64,000 nt of DNA from Minisyncoccia bacterium (lineage in GTDB: Bacteria > Patescibacteriota > Minisyncoccia > Phycocordibacterales > Phycocordibacteraceae): positions 1,499 to 65,498 of the forward strand of contig JBGPJZ010000002.1 of the NCBI GenBank assembly GCA_041485695.1. Reading direction: 5' to 3'. How positions within the stretch are numbered: the stretch's first letter is position 1; each line of letters opens with the position of its first letter. The position numbers were made by a program, and so were the translations under genes. Under the pieces are notes generated by a model. That model made no database searches. It saw nothing but the letters and a program-made list of their open reading frames with translations, and was not told the DNA's origin. Positions 44,550 through 54,700 of the stretch are shown piece after piece.

Positions 44550-46340
44550 TCAATACTCGTCTTCCGGGAAGAGTTCGCCGCCTAAGGTATTCACCTCCTC
44601 AAACGGAATCTCGCCAGCGAGTGCTCTCATGATAGCATCCTCGCGCATGGTGAGCATGCCGTCTTCGCGCGCCGCCGCGTAGACCCGCTCCTCAATCGGT
44701 TCCTTGAGGAGTATCTGCTCGAGCTTCTTGTTCATCCGCAGTATTTCATACACGGCGGTGCGGCCGCGCACCCCAAGAGGACAATCCTCGGTGGGCATCG
44801 CGTGATAAAACTCCTTCAAGGGCGGGAGCCCCCGGCGATACTGTTCAGGCAGATCGGCGAACTCTTTCTCGATAAGCATGCGGATGCTGTCTTTGATGGC
44901 AAACGGCTTCCCGGCTCCGTCGCACAATTTCTTCACGAGACGCTGGCCAATAACCGCAATTAAGGTCGGTGCAATCAGGTAGGGGTCGACTCCCATGTCG
45001 ACCAAGCGCGGGATGGCGCCTGCGGCGGTATTGGTGTGGATAGTTGAGAAGACGAGGTGGCCGGTAAGCGCAGCTTGCACCGCAAGCTGCGCTGTCTCCT
45101 TATCGCGTATCTCACCCACCATGATGACGTCCGGGTCTTGGCGGAGGATGGAACGAAGACCCGAAGCGAAGGTGTATCCTATTTCTGGACGCGTTTGCGA
45201 TTGCGAGACGCCGGGGATCTGGTACTCAACAGGGTCTTCAAGCGAAACGACGTTCATACGCTCGCGGTCGATCTCCGAGAGCATGGCGAACAAGGTCGTC
45301 GACTTGCCCGACCCAGTAGGGCCTGCAATGAGCACGATGCCGTACGCACTTTTAAGCATCTCGCGTATGCTTGCGAGCTTGTCACCCCGAAGCCCTACCG
45401 TCTCTAGGGTTGTGGTCGCCGCGGTCTGATCGAGGATGCGCATCTCTACTTTTTCTCCGTACTCGGTCGGGAAGGTGGAGACACGGAAGTCGATGCGGCG
45501 CCGCTTCTCTACCATCGCCGAAAAGCGGCCGTCTTGCGGTTTTCTCCTCTCGTCAAGCCGGAGCTGCGAAAGGATCTTGATGCGGGCGACGACGGCCTCA
45601 TGCACCTTTGCCGGCAGCTCAAGCGAGGTATGGAGCTCTCCGTCCATGCGGAAACGCACGCGCGTCTTCTCCGGAGTGGGCTCAATATGGATATCGCTCG
45701 CCTTGCCCTCAATGGCGTATCGCAAGATGGTTGAGACGATCTTGGTCACCGGCGCATCCTCCTTGAGCTTCCCCATAGTCGCGCTGCCCGAGAGATCGAG
45801 CGTCGCTTCGCTTTCTGCAACTGCCGCCGCTACGGCTTTTTTCTCCTCCTTCGCATCGGTCGATGAAGCACGGCTCACGGTCTCGAATTCAGAGAGCGCG
45901 GCGCCTACCTCGCCCGAAAGGTTCTTATACGCATCGATGACACGGTCGAAATCCGAAGGCGATATGAGGAAGAGCTTGTAGGGCATCCCGACTTTGGTCG
46001 AGATGAACTGCAAGGCATCCAATGCCTCGATATTATCTGGATCGACGATGCCTACCTCGAGAGCTCCGTTGTCTATCCGAAGCGGAGCGAACTCGTAGTG
46101 GCGTGCCGATTCCTCGGGAATATAGCCAAGCGCATCCTGGTCGACGGGCGGTTCACCGAGTACGCGACCCGGGATGCCGTATTCTTCACCGGCAATCCGG
46201 AGCGCATCGGCGAGCGCAACCCCATGCTCGTTCAAGACGTCTTCGAGCGAACGCTTCTGCTTAGAAATCGCAGCCTCCATGCTCGCACGATCTTTGGCTG
46301 AGATGAGACCCTTTTCTTCGATGAGGGCGAGGAGGTTCAT
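44550..46340 (-). CDS. pilB: Type IV pilus assembly ATPase PilB (GspE family)
   Basis: 596 aa; N-terminal GSPII_N-like region; Walker A GPTGSGKST, Asp/His boxes, tetra-Cys-like CxxC region. Confidence 0.9.
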   Translation of the reverse strand: MNLLALIEEKGLISAKDRASMEAAISKQKRSLEDVLNEHGVALADALRIAGEEYGIPGRVLGEPPVDQDALGYIPEESARHYEFAPLRIDNGALEVGIVDPDNIEALDALQFISTKVGMPYKLFLISPSDFDRVIDAYKNLSGEVGAALSEFETVSRASSTDAKEEKKAVAAAVAESEATLDLSGSATMGKLKEDAPVTKIVSTILRYAIEGKASDIHIEPTPEKTRVRFRMDGELHTSLELPAKVHEAVVARIKILSQLRLDERRKPQDGRFSAMVEKRRRIDFRVSTFPTEYGEKVEMRILDQTAATTTLETVGLRGDKLASIREMLKSAYGIVLIAGPTGSGKSTTLFAMLSEIDRERMNVVSLEDPVEYQIPGVSQSQTRPEIGYTFASGLRSILRQDPDVIMVGEIRDKETAQLAVQAALTGHLVFSTIHTNTAAGAIPRLVDMGVDPYLIAPTLIAVIGQRLVKKLCDGAGKPFAIKDSIRMLIEKEFADLPEQYRRGLPPLKEFYHAMPTEDCPLGVRGRTAVYEILRMNKKLEQILLKEPIEERVYAAAREDGMLTMREDAIMRALAGEIPFEEVNTLGGELFPEDEY

Positions 46341-46358
46341 GACGGTCCTCGATCTGGA

Positions 46359-46640
46359 TTAGTGGCCAATCGGTGCAAACGGGTCTTTGCGCCCCTTATT
46401 CTCAGGAGCAATCGGGGTCGCCGGATTCGTCAGAGACAGGAGGCGGGGATCGGAAAAGATGCTCGTGTCAAAAGAGATGGAGCTTAATTTCCCCGAAAGG
46501 TCAATGAACTGCTGCTCAGCGGGGCTCACAGGTTCCGAAGCGGTCAAGGGCTCGCTCGGAGGCGTACCTGTGAAAAAATACCAATAGCCGCCGATAAGGA
46601 GTAGCACCGCCGCGAGAAAGAAAAGGGGAGTTCTGGTCAT
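46359..46640 (-). CDS. Small membrane-anchored protein in pilus operon (PilP-like position)
   Basis: 93 aa; N-terminal TM then Pro/Ser-rich region. Confidence 0.35.
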   Translation of the reverse strand: MTRTPLFFLAAVLLLIGGYWYFFTGTPPSEPLTASEPVSPAEQQFIDLSGKLSSISFDTSIFSDPRLLSLTNPATPIAPENKGRKDPFAPIGH

Positions 46641-46650
46641 AATGTAGTCA

Positions 46651-47190
46651 TTAGCGGAGCCAATAGAGGCGCACCGTCATGTCGTAGCCGTACACGCCGG
46701 TATCGGAGCCTTTCACAGTGAGGTTCGTGACATCGAGCAGACGCGTGCTGTGTTCGATGCCTGTTATGAAGGTCCGGAATGCTTGATAGCTCCCGGTCGC
46801 TGAAAACGTCATATCGATCGAACCCACCTCGGTGGGTGGGGTTGTGACGTCACCCGCGCCTTGCGTCGGCTGGGGGACGCTTATGCTTGAAATCTGCACG
46901 CCTGAACGCGCGGCGAGAGCGGTGAGGCTAAGAATGGCACTTACGTTGTCGACCGAGCTTGGGAGCAAGGTCTCGAGACGCGCAATGTCTTCCGGCGTTA
47001 TGCGGTTCTTTTCCTCGGCAAGCGTTTTTTGCTTATCCCCGAAACTGGCGGCGGCATTAAGCGCTAACTGCTCGCGCGCGATGGTCGCTTGAATCGTGGT
47101 AACAGGGCCGGAGTAGGTAGGACTTATGTAGATGAAAAAAACTACGAAGGCTAGCACCAGTCCGGCAGCGGGTAGCATCCGGTTCATCAT
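46651..47190 (-). CDS. pilO: Type IV pilus biogenesis protein PilO-like
   Basis: 179 aa, N-terminal TM, coiled-coil, C-terminal alpha/beta domain; gene order after pilN. Confidence 0.6.
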   Translation of the reverse strand: MMNRMLPAAGLVLAFVVFFIYISPTYSGPVTTIQATIAREQLALNAAASFGDKQKTLAEEKNRITPEDIARLETLLPSSVDNVSAILSLTALAARSGVQISSISVPQPTQGAGDVTTPPTEVGSIDMTFSATGSYQAFRTFITGIEHSTRLLDVTNLTVKGSDTGVYGYDMTVRLYWLR

Positions 47191-47840
47191 GGCGTTTGGG
47201 ATGCTGAAGTCGTGGCGGTGGCTCCTGCGGACGGCAGCGACCCGGACGCGTCAGCAGCGCTACTTACCGAAAACGTGGTCAGGCTCTGGTCGAGATTGGC
47301 AGTAAGTGAAAACGAGACTTCCCCGTTCTTACCGATGCCGAGACCTGAAAATACGGCGTTCTTAATCTGGCTCTCTCTGCCTAGTGCGTCTGAAAATACG
47401 GCAAGGGCGTTGAAACTTGCTGCCGAACCTGTCGAGGACAGAACCGCGGTGTGGGCGTCGCTCGTCAAGATAGAAATCGAAGTAAGACGTACGGTCGTTG
47501 GCGCAAGGGACGCGATGAGGTCGAAGGCCTTCGAAAATATGAGGTGCCCGCTCAGAAGCCGCTTGCCCTCAGAGAGGTGGGTGTTAAGGCGGATAAAACT
47601 CTCCACCGTAGACGTATCGATCGACGTCTCGGCTTTTTGAAGATCGGCTTGCTTCGCTGCCTCTACGGTGCCGAGATACCAGTTGTAGGCGAATAGACCG
47701 CCTGCCGCGAGTAGCGCGAGGACAAAAGCCCCGTAGCCCAAGAATGCAAACGCGCCGCCAAAGTCAAAAGCGCTGTTCTTAAATGATAAAGACCCCGAGC
47801 GAGGCACGAACGAGGTCGGCACCGTAGGAGGAACTGCCAT
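47187..47840 (-). CDS. pilN: Type IV pilus biogenesis protein PilN-like
   Basis: N-terminal TM (FAFLGYGAFVLALLAAGGLFAYNWY) then periplasmic domain; overlaps pilO start by 4 nt. Confidence 0.6.
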   Translation of the reverse strand: MAVPPTVPTSFVPRSGSLSFKNSAFDFGGAFAFLGYGAFVLALLAAGGLFAYNWYLGTVEAAKQADLQKAETSIDTSTVESFIRLNTHLSEGKRLLSGHLIFSKAFDLIASLAPTTVRLTSISILTSDAHTAVLSSTGSAASFNALAVFSDALGRESQIKNAVFSGLGIGKNGEVSFSLTANLDQSLTTFSVSSAADASGSLPSAGATATTSASQTP

Positions 47841-47899
47841 AGTCAAAGTATACGGCACACACGCCACGCTTGGGCGGAGTGCGTGTGCATAAAGATGCG

Positions 47900-48982
47900 C
47901 TATCGGTGCTCCTCGAGTTTGCGGAGCGCAATGCCTACGGCGACGGCGAACTCCGGGCCGATTTCTTTCAAGACCGGGCGGATAAATGCGGGCGCCTCGG
48001 TCTTTGCAAAAGGGTCGGCGACCCGCACCTCTACCGAGAATGCCGACTGCGCATAGGTACCGAGGCCCTTGGTGACACCGCCCCCGCCTGTGAGTATCAC
48101 AGTAGCGATTGCCTTCCCGTGCACCGATTCATACTGCGCGAGGGCTCGGCGCGCTTCGCCGAAGATGCGGGAGTATACGAGTTCAATCGAGGAGTGTACG
48201 TCGAGGACGCCGTCCGCGGCTCCTGTGAGACCCTGCTCTTTTTTAAGAGCCTCGGCGGCGGCAATCGAAAGATTATTGCCTACGGCAATCGCCCGCGTCG
48301 CGTCTTGGCCGCCTGAAGTAATCGTATGCGAGAGCGCCACGACGCCGTGTTCGACAACGTAGGCTTTCGTCGTCGATGCGCCGATATCAAGAACCATGAC
48401 TGGCTTCACAGGCTCGTCGACAACCGCACGTATGGTGCTGAATATCTCTATTTCATAAAAACTCGCCGCGAGGTCTGCGCTCCGCACCACGTTTTGGAGC
48501 AGCGAGAGCTCATCGTTATGCACCGCGACGAGGAGGACGCGTACCCTTTCTTTGGCAGTACCCGCTAAGCTATCGTCAGGCACGACAAACCAATCGAGCT
48601 GCACTTCGTTAATGGGCACCGGGATATATTTACGCGCTTCAAGCTCGATAATCGTCTTCTGCTCCTCTTTGTTCTGTCGGCGCGGCAGCTCGATCAAGGT
48701 CAAGAGCGAACGGGCGAACGGGATACCGACCCCGCACTCTTTGGTCGTCACTTTCGCCTCGCGTATGAGGTCGCGCAAGGTCTCGGCGATTTTTTCAGCC
48801 GAGAGATTCGTCGCCTGCCCTATCTCGAGGTTCGCATAGGGGCCGAGCGCGAGCTCGCCATAGGTCTCAAGGACGGCTTTGCCGCCTTGTTTCTTGAGTT
48901 GCACGACTTTCAAGGACGATGAGCCGATGTCAACGCCGAGTACGCTAGTGCTTTTGCCGCCGAAAAGCCCGAAGAACGCCAT
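47900..48982 (-). CDS. pilM: Type IV pilus assembly protein PilM (actin-like ATPase fold)
   Basis: 360 aa; LGVDIGSSSLKVV phosphate-1 motif and VLDIGASTTK phosphate-2 motif. Confidence 0.9.
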   Translation of the reverse strand: MAFFGLFGGKSTSVLGVDIGSSSLKVVQLKKQGGKAVLETYGELALGPYANLEIGQATNLSAEKIAETLRDLIREAKVTTKECGVGIPFARSLLTLIELPRRQNKEEQKTIIELEARKYIPVPINEVQLDWFVVPDDSLAGTAKERVRVLLVAVHNDELSLLQNVVRSADLAASFYEIEIFSTIRAVVDEPVKPVMVLDIGASTTKAYVVEHGVVALSHTITSGGQDATRAIAVGNNLSIAAAEALKKEQGLTGAADGVLDVHSSIELVYSRIFGEARRALAQYESVHGKAIATVILTGGGGVTKGLGTYAQSAFSVEVRVADPFAKTEAPAFIRPVLKEIGPEFAVAVGIALRKLEEHR

Positions 48983-48996
48983 GTCAAAATAGTACC

Positions 48997-49614
48997 ATGT
49001 GGCAACGATTGCTAGATTTCATTTTTCCCATCCGTACCGACGAGGAGATTGTCCGAGCACTTACACTCGAGCAATTTCTTTCCCGCCTTGAACCGCAACT
49101 TGAGGAGCGTACCAATCCGGCAACAGTGGCTCTCTTCCCTTTTACCGACCGGCGGGTACGCGCCGTCATCCATGAAGCCAAATATCACGGCAATACGAAA
49201 GCCTTTGATTTCTTAGCTGCAGCGCTCGCGGAATATCTACGTGATGATGACCGCTTTGACGGCTTAACTGATTGTGTGCTTGTGCCGCTCCCGCTTGGGG
49301 CAAAGCGCCGCCAAGAGCGCGGATTTAACCAAGCCGAAGAGATTGCGCGGCGAGTGGCACAGGAGCTCGGCCTCCCGCTTGTAACCGACCTCCTTATTCG
49401 CACTCGCGAAACAGTTTCGCAAGTATCCCTGCCGCGCGAAGCGCGAGCTAAGAATATGCGCGGCGCTTTCAGCGCCGCGCATCCTGCCAATCCAAAACTC
49501 ACTTATATATTGATTGACGACGTCACGACCACCGGAGCTACCCTCTCGGCCGCCATCTCTGCCCTTAAGGCAGCTGGCTCTACCCAAATCCTCCCCATCG
49601 CCCTTGCTCATTAA
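48997..49614 (+). CDS. comFC: ComF-family phosphoribosyltransferase-domain competence protein
   Basis: PRTase motif YILIDDVTTTGATL at the C-terminus; divergently transcribed from pilM. Confidence 0.75.
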   Translation: MWQRLLDFIFPIRTDEEIVRALTLEQFLSRLEPQLEERTNPATVALFPFTDRRVRAVIHEAKYHGNTKAFDFLAAALAEYLRDDDRFDGLTDCVLVPLPLGAKRRQERGFNQAEEIARRVAQELGLPLVTDLLIRTRETVSQVSLPREARAKNMRGAFSAAHPANPKLTYILIDDVTTTGATLSAAISALKAAGSTQILPIALAH

Positions 49615-49700
49615 GCCCCTACCTACGGGCTCGTTTAACTTGACAGCGAGCCCTCTCTGTGCTAATATGGATGGCGAACCATTAGACCCAGGAGGGGTGA

Positions 49701-50144
49701 ATGAGGAAGGTTCTTTTCGTCTGCTTTGGCAACACCTGCCGGAGCCCCATGGAGGAGGCGATTTTCCGTGAGATGCTTGAAAAGCTCGGCATCGAAGATC
49801 TCAGCGTCGAAAGCGCTGGCGTCAATCAAGCTTCTGCCGGCCAACCGATTGCTCCCTTCTCGGCGCAAGAGCTCCGGAATCGCGGCATCAACCACGATCG
49901 TCACACGAGCCGGTATGTCGGCGACATTGGCCCACTTGACGACTTCATCCGCATCATCTGCGTTGGAGACAAGGAGGCAGCGACTCTCACCGCCCTCTTC
50001 CCTGATGTCGTGAATCGAACATCAGTCATGCCGATCGACAACCCGTGGGAGAAGGGTGAAGAAGCCTATCGCCTCTGCGCGATTCAAATCGAGGAGCTCA
50101 TGGGCGCACTCGTCGACAGTGTCGTCGCCGAAATCAGGCGCTAA
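49701..50144 (+). CDS. Low-molecular-weight protein-tyrosine phosphatase / ArsC-like
   Basis: P-loop CFGNTCRSPMEEA (C-x5-R-S) at the N-terminus and a DP-like motif region. Confidence 0.8.
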   Translation: MRKVLFVCFGNTCRSPMEEAIFREMLEKLGIEDLSVESAGVNQASAGQPIAPFSAQELRNRGINHDRHTSRYVGDIGPLDDFIRIICVGDKEAATLTALFPDVVNRTSVMPIDNPWEKGEEAYRLCAIQIEELMGALVDSVVAEIRR

Positions 50145-50169
50145 CCCTCAATAATCAGTTCAACCAACC

Positions 50170-50206
50170 GGACCTGTAGCTCACGCTACGGGTCCGCTCT
50201 TTTTTA
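50170..50206. terminator. Bidirectional intrinsic terminator
   Basis: GGACC-t-GTAGC-tcac-GCTAC-g-GGTCC compound hairpin followed by GCTCTTTTTTATAAT; it overlaps the stop codon of the minus-strand gene. Confidence 0.5.
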
Positions 50207-51722
50207 TAATCGTTACAATTCCCTTTTCGGCGTCTATCTCAATCTCATCGCCGTCTTTCAAGACTTTAGTCGCGATTTTTGTTGCGATGACACAGGGCTT
50301 ATTAAATTCACGCGACATGATGGCAGCGTGAGAAAGGAGCCCTCCCTCGTCGGTCACTATGGCTGATGAGCGTTTCATCGCTGGGACGTAATCAGGGTTC
50401 GTCATCGGACACACAAGTATTTCACCCTCAAGGAGCGTATGCGCCTGGGTTGGGTCGAGCGCCACTCTCACTTTCCCTCGTACAAATCCTTTACAGGCGA
50501 CCTGGCCGCGTAGTTCAGTAATTGTGGTGTCAACTTTATTGAGCTCCGTATCAATCCAGGTGCTTATCGCGTGCCCCTCCTCTCCTACCGCCAAGCGTTG
50601 TTCGCCACCGATAATAGCCATCGCAAATCCTTTCCTTCGTTCCTCTATCACTTTCGCCAAGACGGTTTTATCTGTCATGAGAGCTTCAAAGATTTCTCTC
50701 GAGAGAAGAAATTTCATGTCGACAAACGCGACGCCGATTCTTTTTGCAACTAACTGCATAAAGTCGAGATAGCGCGATGATGAAATATACGCCTCTTCAA
50801 TCCCCGCAGTTAACCCATAACCGAGTTCTCGAGCATTTTCAATATGAAGAACCAGTTGCGAATCCGTTTTAATCTCTTCAATGATTCTTTGCGCGATGTG
50901 CTCATTCTTCTCTGCGGCCTTCTTTTGTATCTCGAGGTTCTCTTTGAAATTCTCTTTTTGAGCCTTGTGTACCCTCTCGACGAGTTGGGCATATGACATC
51001 GGGAGGAGTGGGCTTAAAATAAATGTTGTGAGCCAATCATACTTTTCTAAGTACTCCTTTGCTTCTGCCTTAAACCGGGGGTCATTTGCAAAGTCATCAT
51101 TTTTATCAGCAAGCGAGACAAGCTTGCACATGTCCTCTTGTTCAAGCTGAAAGGCTGTTTTCTTTATAGGGAACACCAGCGTAAGTAAAGCTTCATCAAT
51201 AGCAACAATCGCCTCTATTTCTTTTCGATGCTTCTCGAGTCCCTCTTTAACTCGGTCAGTTAAGATGTTCTCCTTAGAGACGTACCAAGGGTAGTAGAAC
51301 CAGGGCACGAGTTTGATAAAACTCGCATCCATCTTTTGCCAATATGATGCAAGCTCTTCATTGGTGATGCCCTCATTTTGTATTGCTCTGTTCACTATGT
51401 CAGCTTCTGCATTAAATGTTCTGGGGAACTCTACGGTAGATTTTAGAAAGTGCTGCAGAGCCTCTGGATTATCTAGCTTCTCCCTCAATCCTTTAAATAA
51501 GATTTGTTTTTGTGTTGGGATATCGTACCCCTTGCTTGAATCGGTGAAAAGATAGTCGAGCGTATCTGTGGTACCCGTTATCCATGGGATGAGGTATTGC
51601 GAAAGGGCGCGGCAAAAGAAATCGCAGAGGGAGATTGGCTGTTCTCCGCGCTGTTGAAACTCATACTCCCATTGTGTTAGGTCGATATCCTCCCGTTTGA
51701 GCGTTTTGACTTCGTAATCCAT
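50181..51722 (-). CDS. Protein with unknown ~380-aa N-terminal domain plus C-terminal PEP-utilising-enzyme mobile (phosphohistidine) domain
   Basis: C-terminus …CPMTNPDYVPAMKRSSAIVTDEGGLLSHAAIMSREFNKPCVIAT… has the GGxxxHAAIxxRE phosphohistidine swivel-domain signature. Its start overlaps the stop of the upstream gene. Confidence 0.7.
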   Translation of the reverse strand: MDYEVKTLKREDIDLTQWEYEFQQRGEQPISLCDFFCRALSQYLIPWITGTTDTLDYLFTDSSKGYDIPTQKQILFKGLREKLDNPEALQHFLKSTVEFPRTFNAEADIVNRAIQNEGITNEELASYWQKMDASFIKLVPWFYYPWYVSKENILTDRVKEGLEKHRKEIEAIVAIDEALLTLVFPIKKTAFQLEQEDMCKLVSLADKNDDFANDPRFKAEAKEYLEKYDWLTTFILSPLLPMSYAQLVERVHKAQKENFKENLEIQKKAAEKNEHIAQRIIEEIKTDSQLVLHIENARELGYGLTAGIEEAYISSSRYLDFMQLVAKRIGVAFVDMKFLLSREIFEALMTDKTVLAKVIEERRKGFAMAIIGGEQRLAVGEEGHAISTWIDTELNKVDTTITELRGQVACKGFVRGKVRVALDPTQAHTLLEGEILVCPMTNPDYVPAMKRSSAIVTDEGGLLSHAAIMSREFNKPCVIATKIATKVLKDGDEIEIDAEKGIVTIIKKSGPVA

Positions 51723-51723
51723 G

Positions 51724-54700
51724 TTACTTAAGAATCGTCACGATTCCCGTGTTGGCGTCCATTTCGATTTCATCGCCATCTTTTATTACCTCGCTTGCGT
51801 TACCAGTGCCGACGATGCAGGGAATATTTAACTCGCGGCTCACGATTGCTGCATGCGAGAGCATGCCGCCCTGGTCGGTGATGATGCCTCCTGCTTTTTT
51901 GCACGCTGGCATTAATTCGGGCGAGGTCGTCTCTGCAATCAAGATATCGCCCTTCTGCATAGCATCCATCAGGTGATGCAGTGTATCAAAGTTGTCGTAG
52001 CCCGAAACGATGATTCGCGCCCTGCCCCGCGCAATACCCGGGTGAGCTGTGGTGCCTGTTACCGTCTCGCCATGGCTAGCGTTGCCTACGAAGCTCTCAA
52101 TCGCGTGCCGAGCCGAGGGGCCTGTTTTACGCACCGTGCTACCTTCGACACCTATGATGTAAAAAGCATTCTCGCGATGCGCGATCTCCTCTTCGGGCAC
52201 TTTCGCGGCGTCAAAAAGGTTGAGGATCTCTTGGCGCGAATATTGCTGCAGGGTGCGCTCGGATATGTTGAAACGCTCCCCAAGACTCTTTAACAGTTTC
52301 GGCAAAACAGCGTCAGCGCCAAAAAAGATTGAATTCAAGAACTCTCGACCCTCGTTCTTCAGTTCGCCCATGAGCGAGAGTCTCTCTTCAATCCCTTTGT
52401 CTTTCGTCTCTTTTGATTTTTTGTACGCGCCGTCCATATAAAAGAACTCCGTCTTCGAATAGTAGAAAAAGAGCCGGGCGATATCGTTGAGCAAACGCTC
52501 TACTTCCTCTTTTGAGAGCTTGCTGTAGGCGAGGCTTTCCGCAATCATTCGTATCTCTTTCATGTAGGCGCGGAATGCGTTTTGAAAGTGGGTGAAGTCC
52601 GCAGCATCTGAAATGAGTCTGGCTCCTTCGGCAAGAGTTTTCTGTACAGTCGTATGCGAAAGATAGCTGGTGTAAAAATCATCAATAACCGTGGTCAGGG
52701 CACCGAGCGTTTGGTAATGCTCCATCCAAATGTCGTCGATAAAGTAGCGCAGGCCCTGCACGCGAAAGAGCCGTTGCCACTCATCTTTGCTTCCAAATGG
52801 ATGACTCCGTTTGAGAATTGCTACTGTCCCCTTCTTTGTATCAACTTCGATCTCATCTCCATTATTGAGGATTTTCGTAGCGAAGCCCGTCTCGACTATA
52901 CAGGGTATCCCCATTTCGCGGGCGGTGATAGCGGCATGCGAAAGCATGCCGCCGGCGTCAGTAACAACTGCAGCCGCTTTCTTAAACGCTTCTATAAGCT
53001 CTGGGTCTGTACTATCTGAGACCAAAATTTCTCCCTTTTGCATTTCGTGCATCTGCCCTTGCAAGATTTCCCGGTTGCTATAATCACGAATAATTTTACG
53101 CACCTTCCCGCGGACAGTCGGCCCTGTATGCGCTGTCTTACCGGTAAGCACTTCTATAATTGAGTCCCCAACATTCTCAACTTTGGCGATAAACCTCTGG
53201 GCGGCATCCCCTACAAGAAACTCCACACCACCTTTCGTCTTATGGAGTACCCAGGCCTGCGTGCGCGCCTCGAGCGCTTGCTCGCTAACATGGGTACCAC
53301 CAAACAACGCGAGTACTTCGGCTCCTCGATACCAGTTCACAGTTTCGGTGGTAAGCGAGCGTTGTTTGGCGACTTTTGCTACTAACGTTTGCAGGTATGA
53401 ATCCGCGCCGAAAAAGATTTTCTCCATGCGCTCGCGTATCTCGTTTTTAAAACTCTCAACCAGAGCGACGTTCTCTTTCGCCGCCGGGTCGGTAGCGCTT
53501 CTCTCGAACACTTTATCCCAATACATATAGTCGAAGTAGGCATACTGCCCGCAAATCTTACTGATGAGCGTAAATACATGCTCCGCATCTTTGCGCGCAA
53601 TCTCCTTCTTTTGCCTTAGCATCTTGATTTCTCCCAGCCCTTGCTCAACGAGCGCCGTAAGCGACGCGATGACCTCCTTAGTATCGGCAGGAGTGCGTCT
53701 AAGCCCGATGTCTCGAGCTTCTTCTGTGGTTTTCTTCTCCCAGTAAGAGAGCTCTTTGCCGCCATGGCCTAACACGGCTGATTCAACAGGCATGTAACCC
53801 TCATTGACCACATCCTCGAAAAGAAATGGTGTCCCTTGAGCGCTGAATGCAAAAACAAACTCCGGCTCGGCTCTGGCATTTAAAATGCGTACGATGCCGT
53901 TATCAGCATCGACTTCAACTAAGTCCCCATCTTTTAAGACTTCAGTCGCGATTTTGGTGCCTACGATACACGGCTTCTTCATTTCGCGTGAGACGATTGC
54001 TGCGTGGCAAGTTAAACCGCCTTCGTCGGTAATAAACGCGGCTGCTTTTTGCATATAGGGCACGTACTCTGGGTTTGTCATCGGAGCAACAAGGACATCG
54101 CCCACGCCGATTTTGGCAATCTCTTTTTTATTCATCACCAAGCGCACCGTACCAGCAACCTTCCCCGGGTACGCTGTCTGACCTTTAATCTCTTTTGCGC
54201 CGTCTGCATCAATCTGCTCGAGCTTCAGGTTCTTTTCTTTAAGAATCTGCTCAAGCTTTGAAAGCGGCCAGATATCACCCTTAATCAAGAAGCACCCCTC
54301 TTGATACCTCTGCTCAAGTGTTGCGATAAGCTCTTTGTCTGCATGTTTTGCAAGCTTTACGGCCTCCTCTGGAGTGATGACGTACGAGAACTTTGCATAC
54401 TCGGGGAACTCTGTCTCCCAGAATTCGACAAAATTTGAGCTCATCTTGTCTGTGTACTGCTCGGTCTCCTCACGAATCTTCAAGATACTTTCTCTAAAAT
54501 CAGGCTGCAAGTCGGGATTATTCGGAAGTTCGAAAAAGACTGTGTTCATCGCAGACCAAAAATCAACGATGTGGCGGTAGTATGAGTACATCTCGTCAAC
54601 GCTCTTAAGTTTCTGCGAGCCTGACAGATACTGTGCTGCTTTAGCCCATGACTTCTCCATCTTTTCTACAACGCGAAGCCGAAGGTTCGCATCATCGTGC

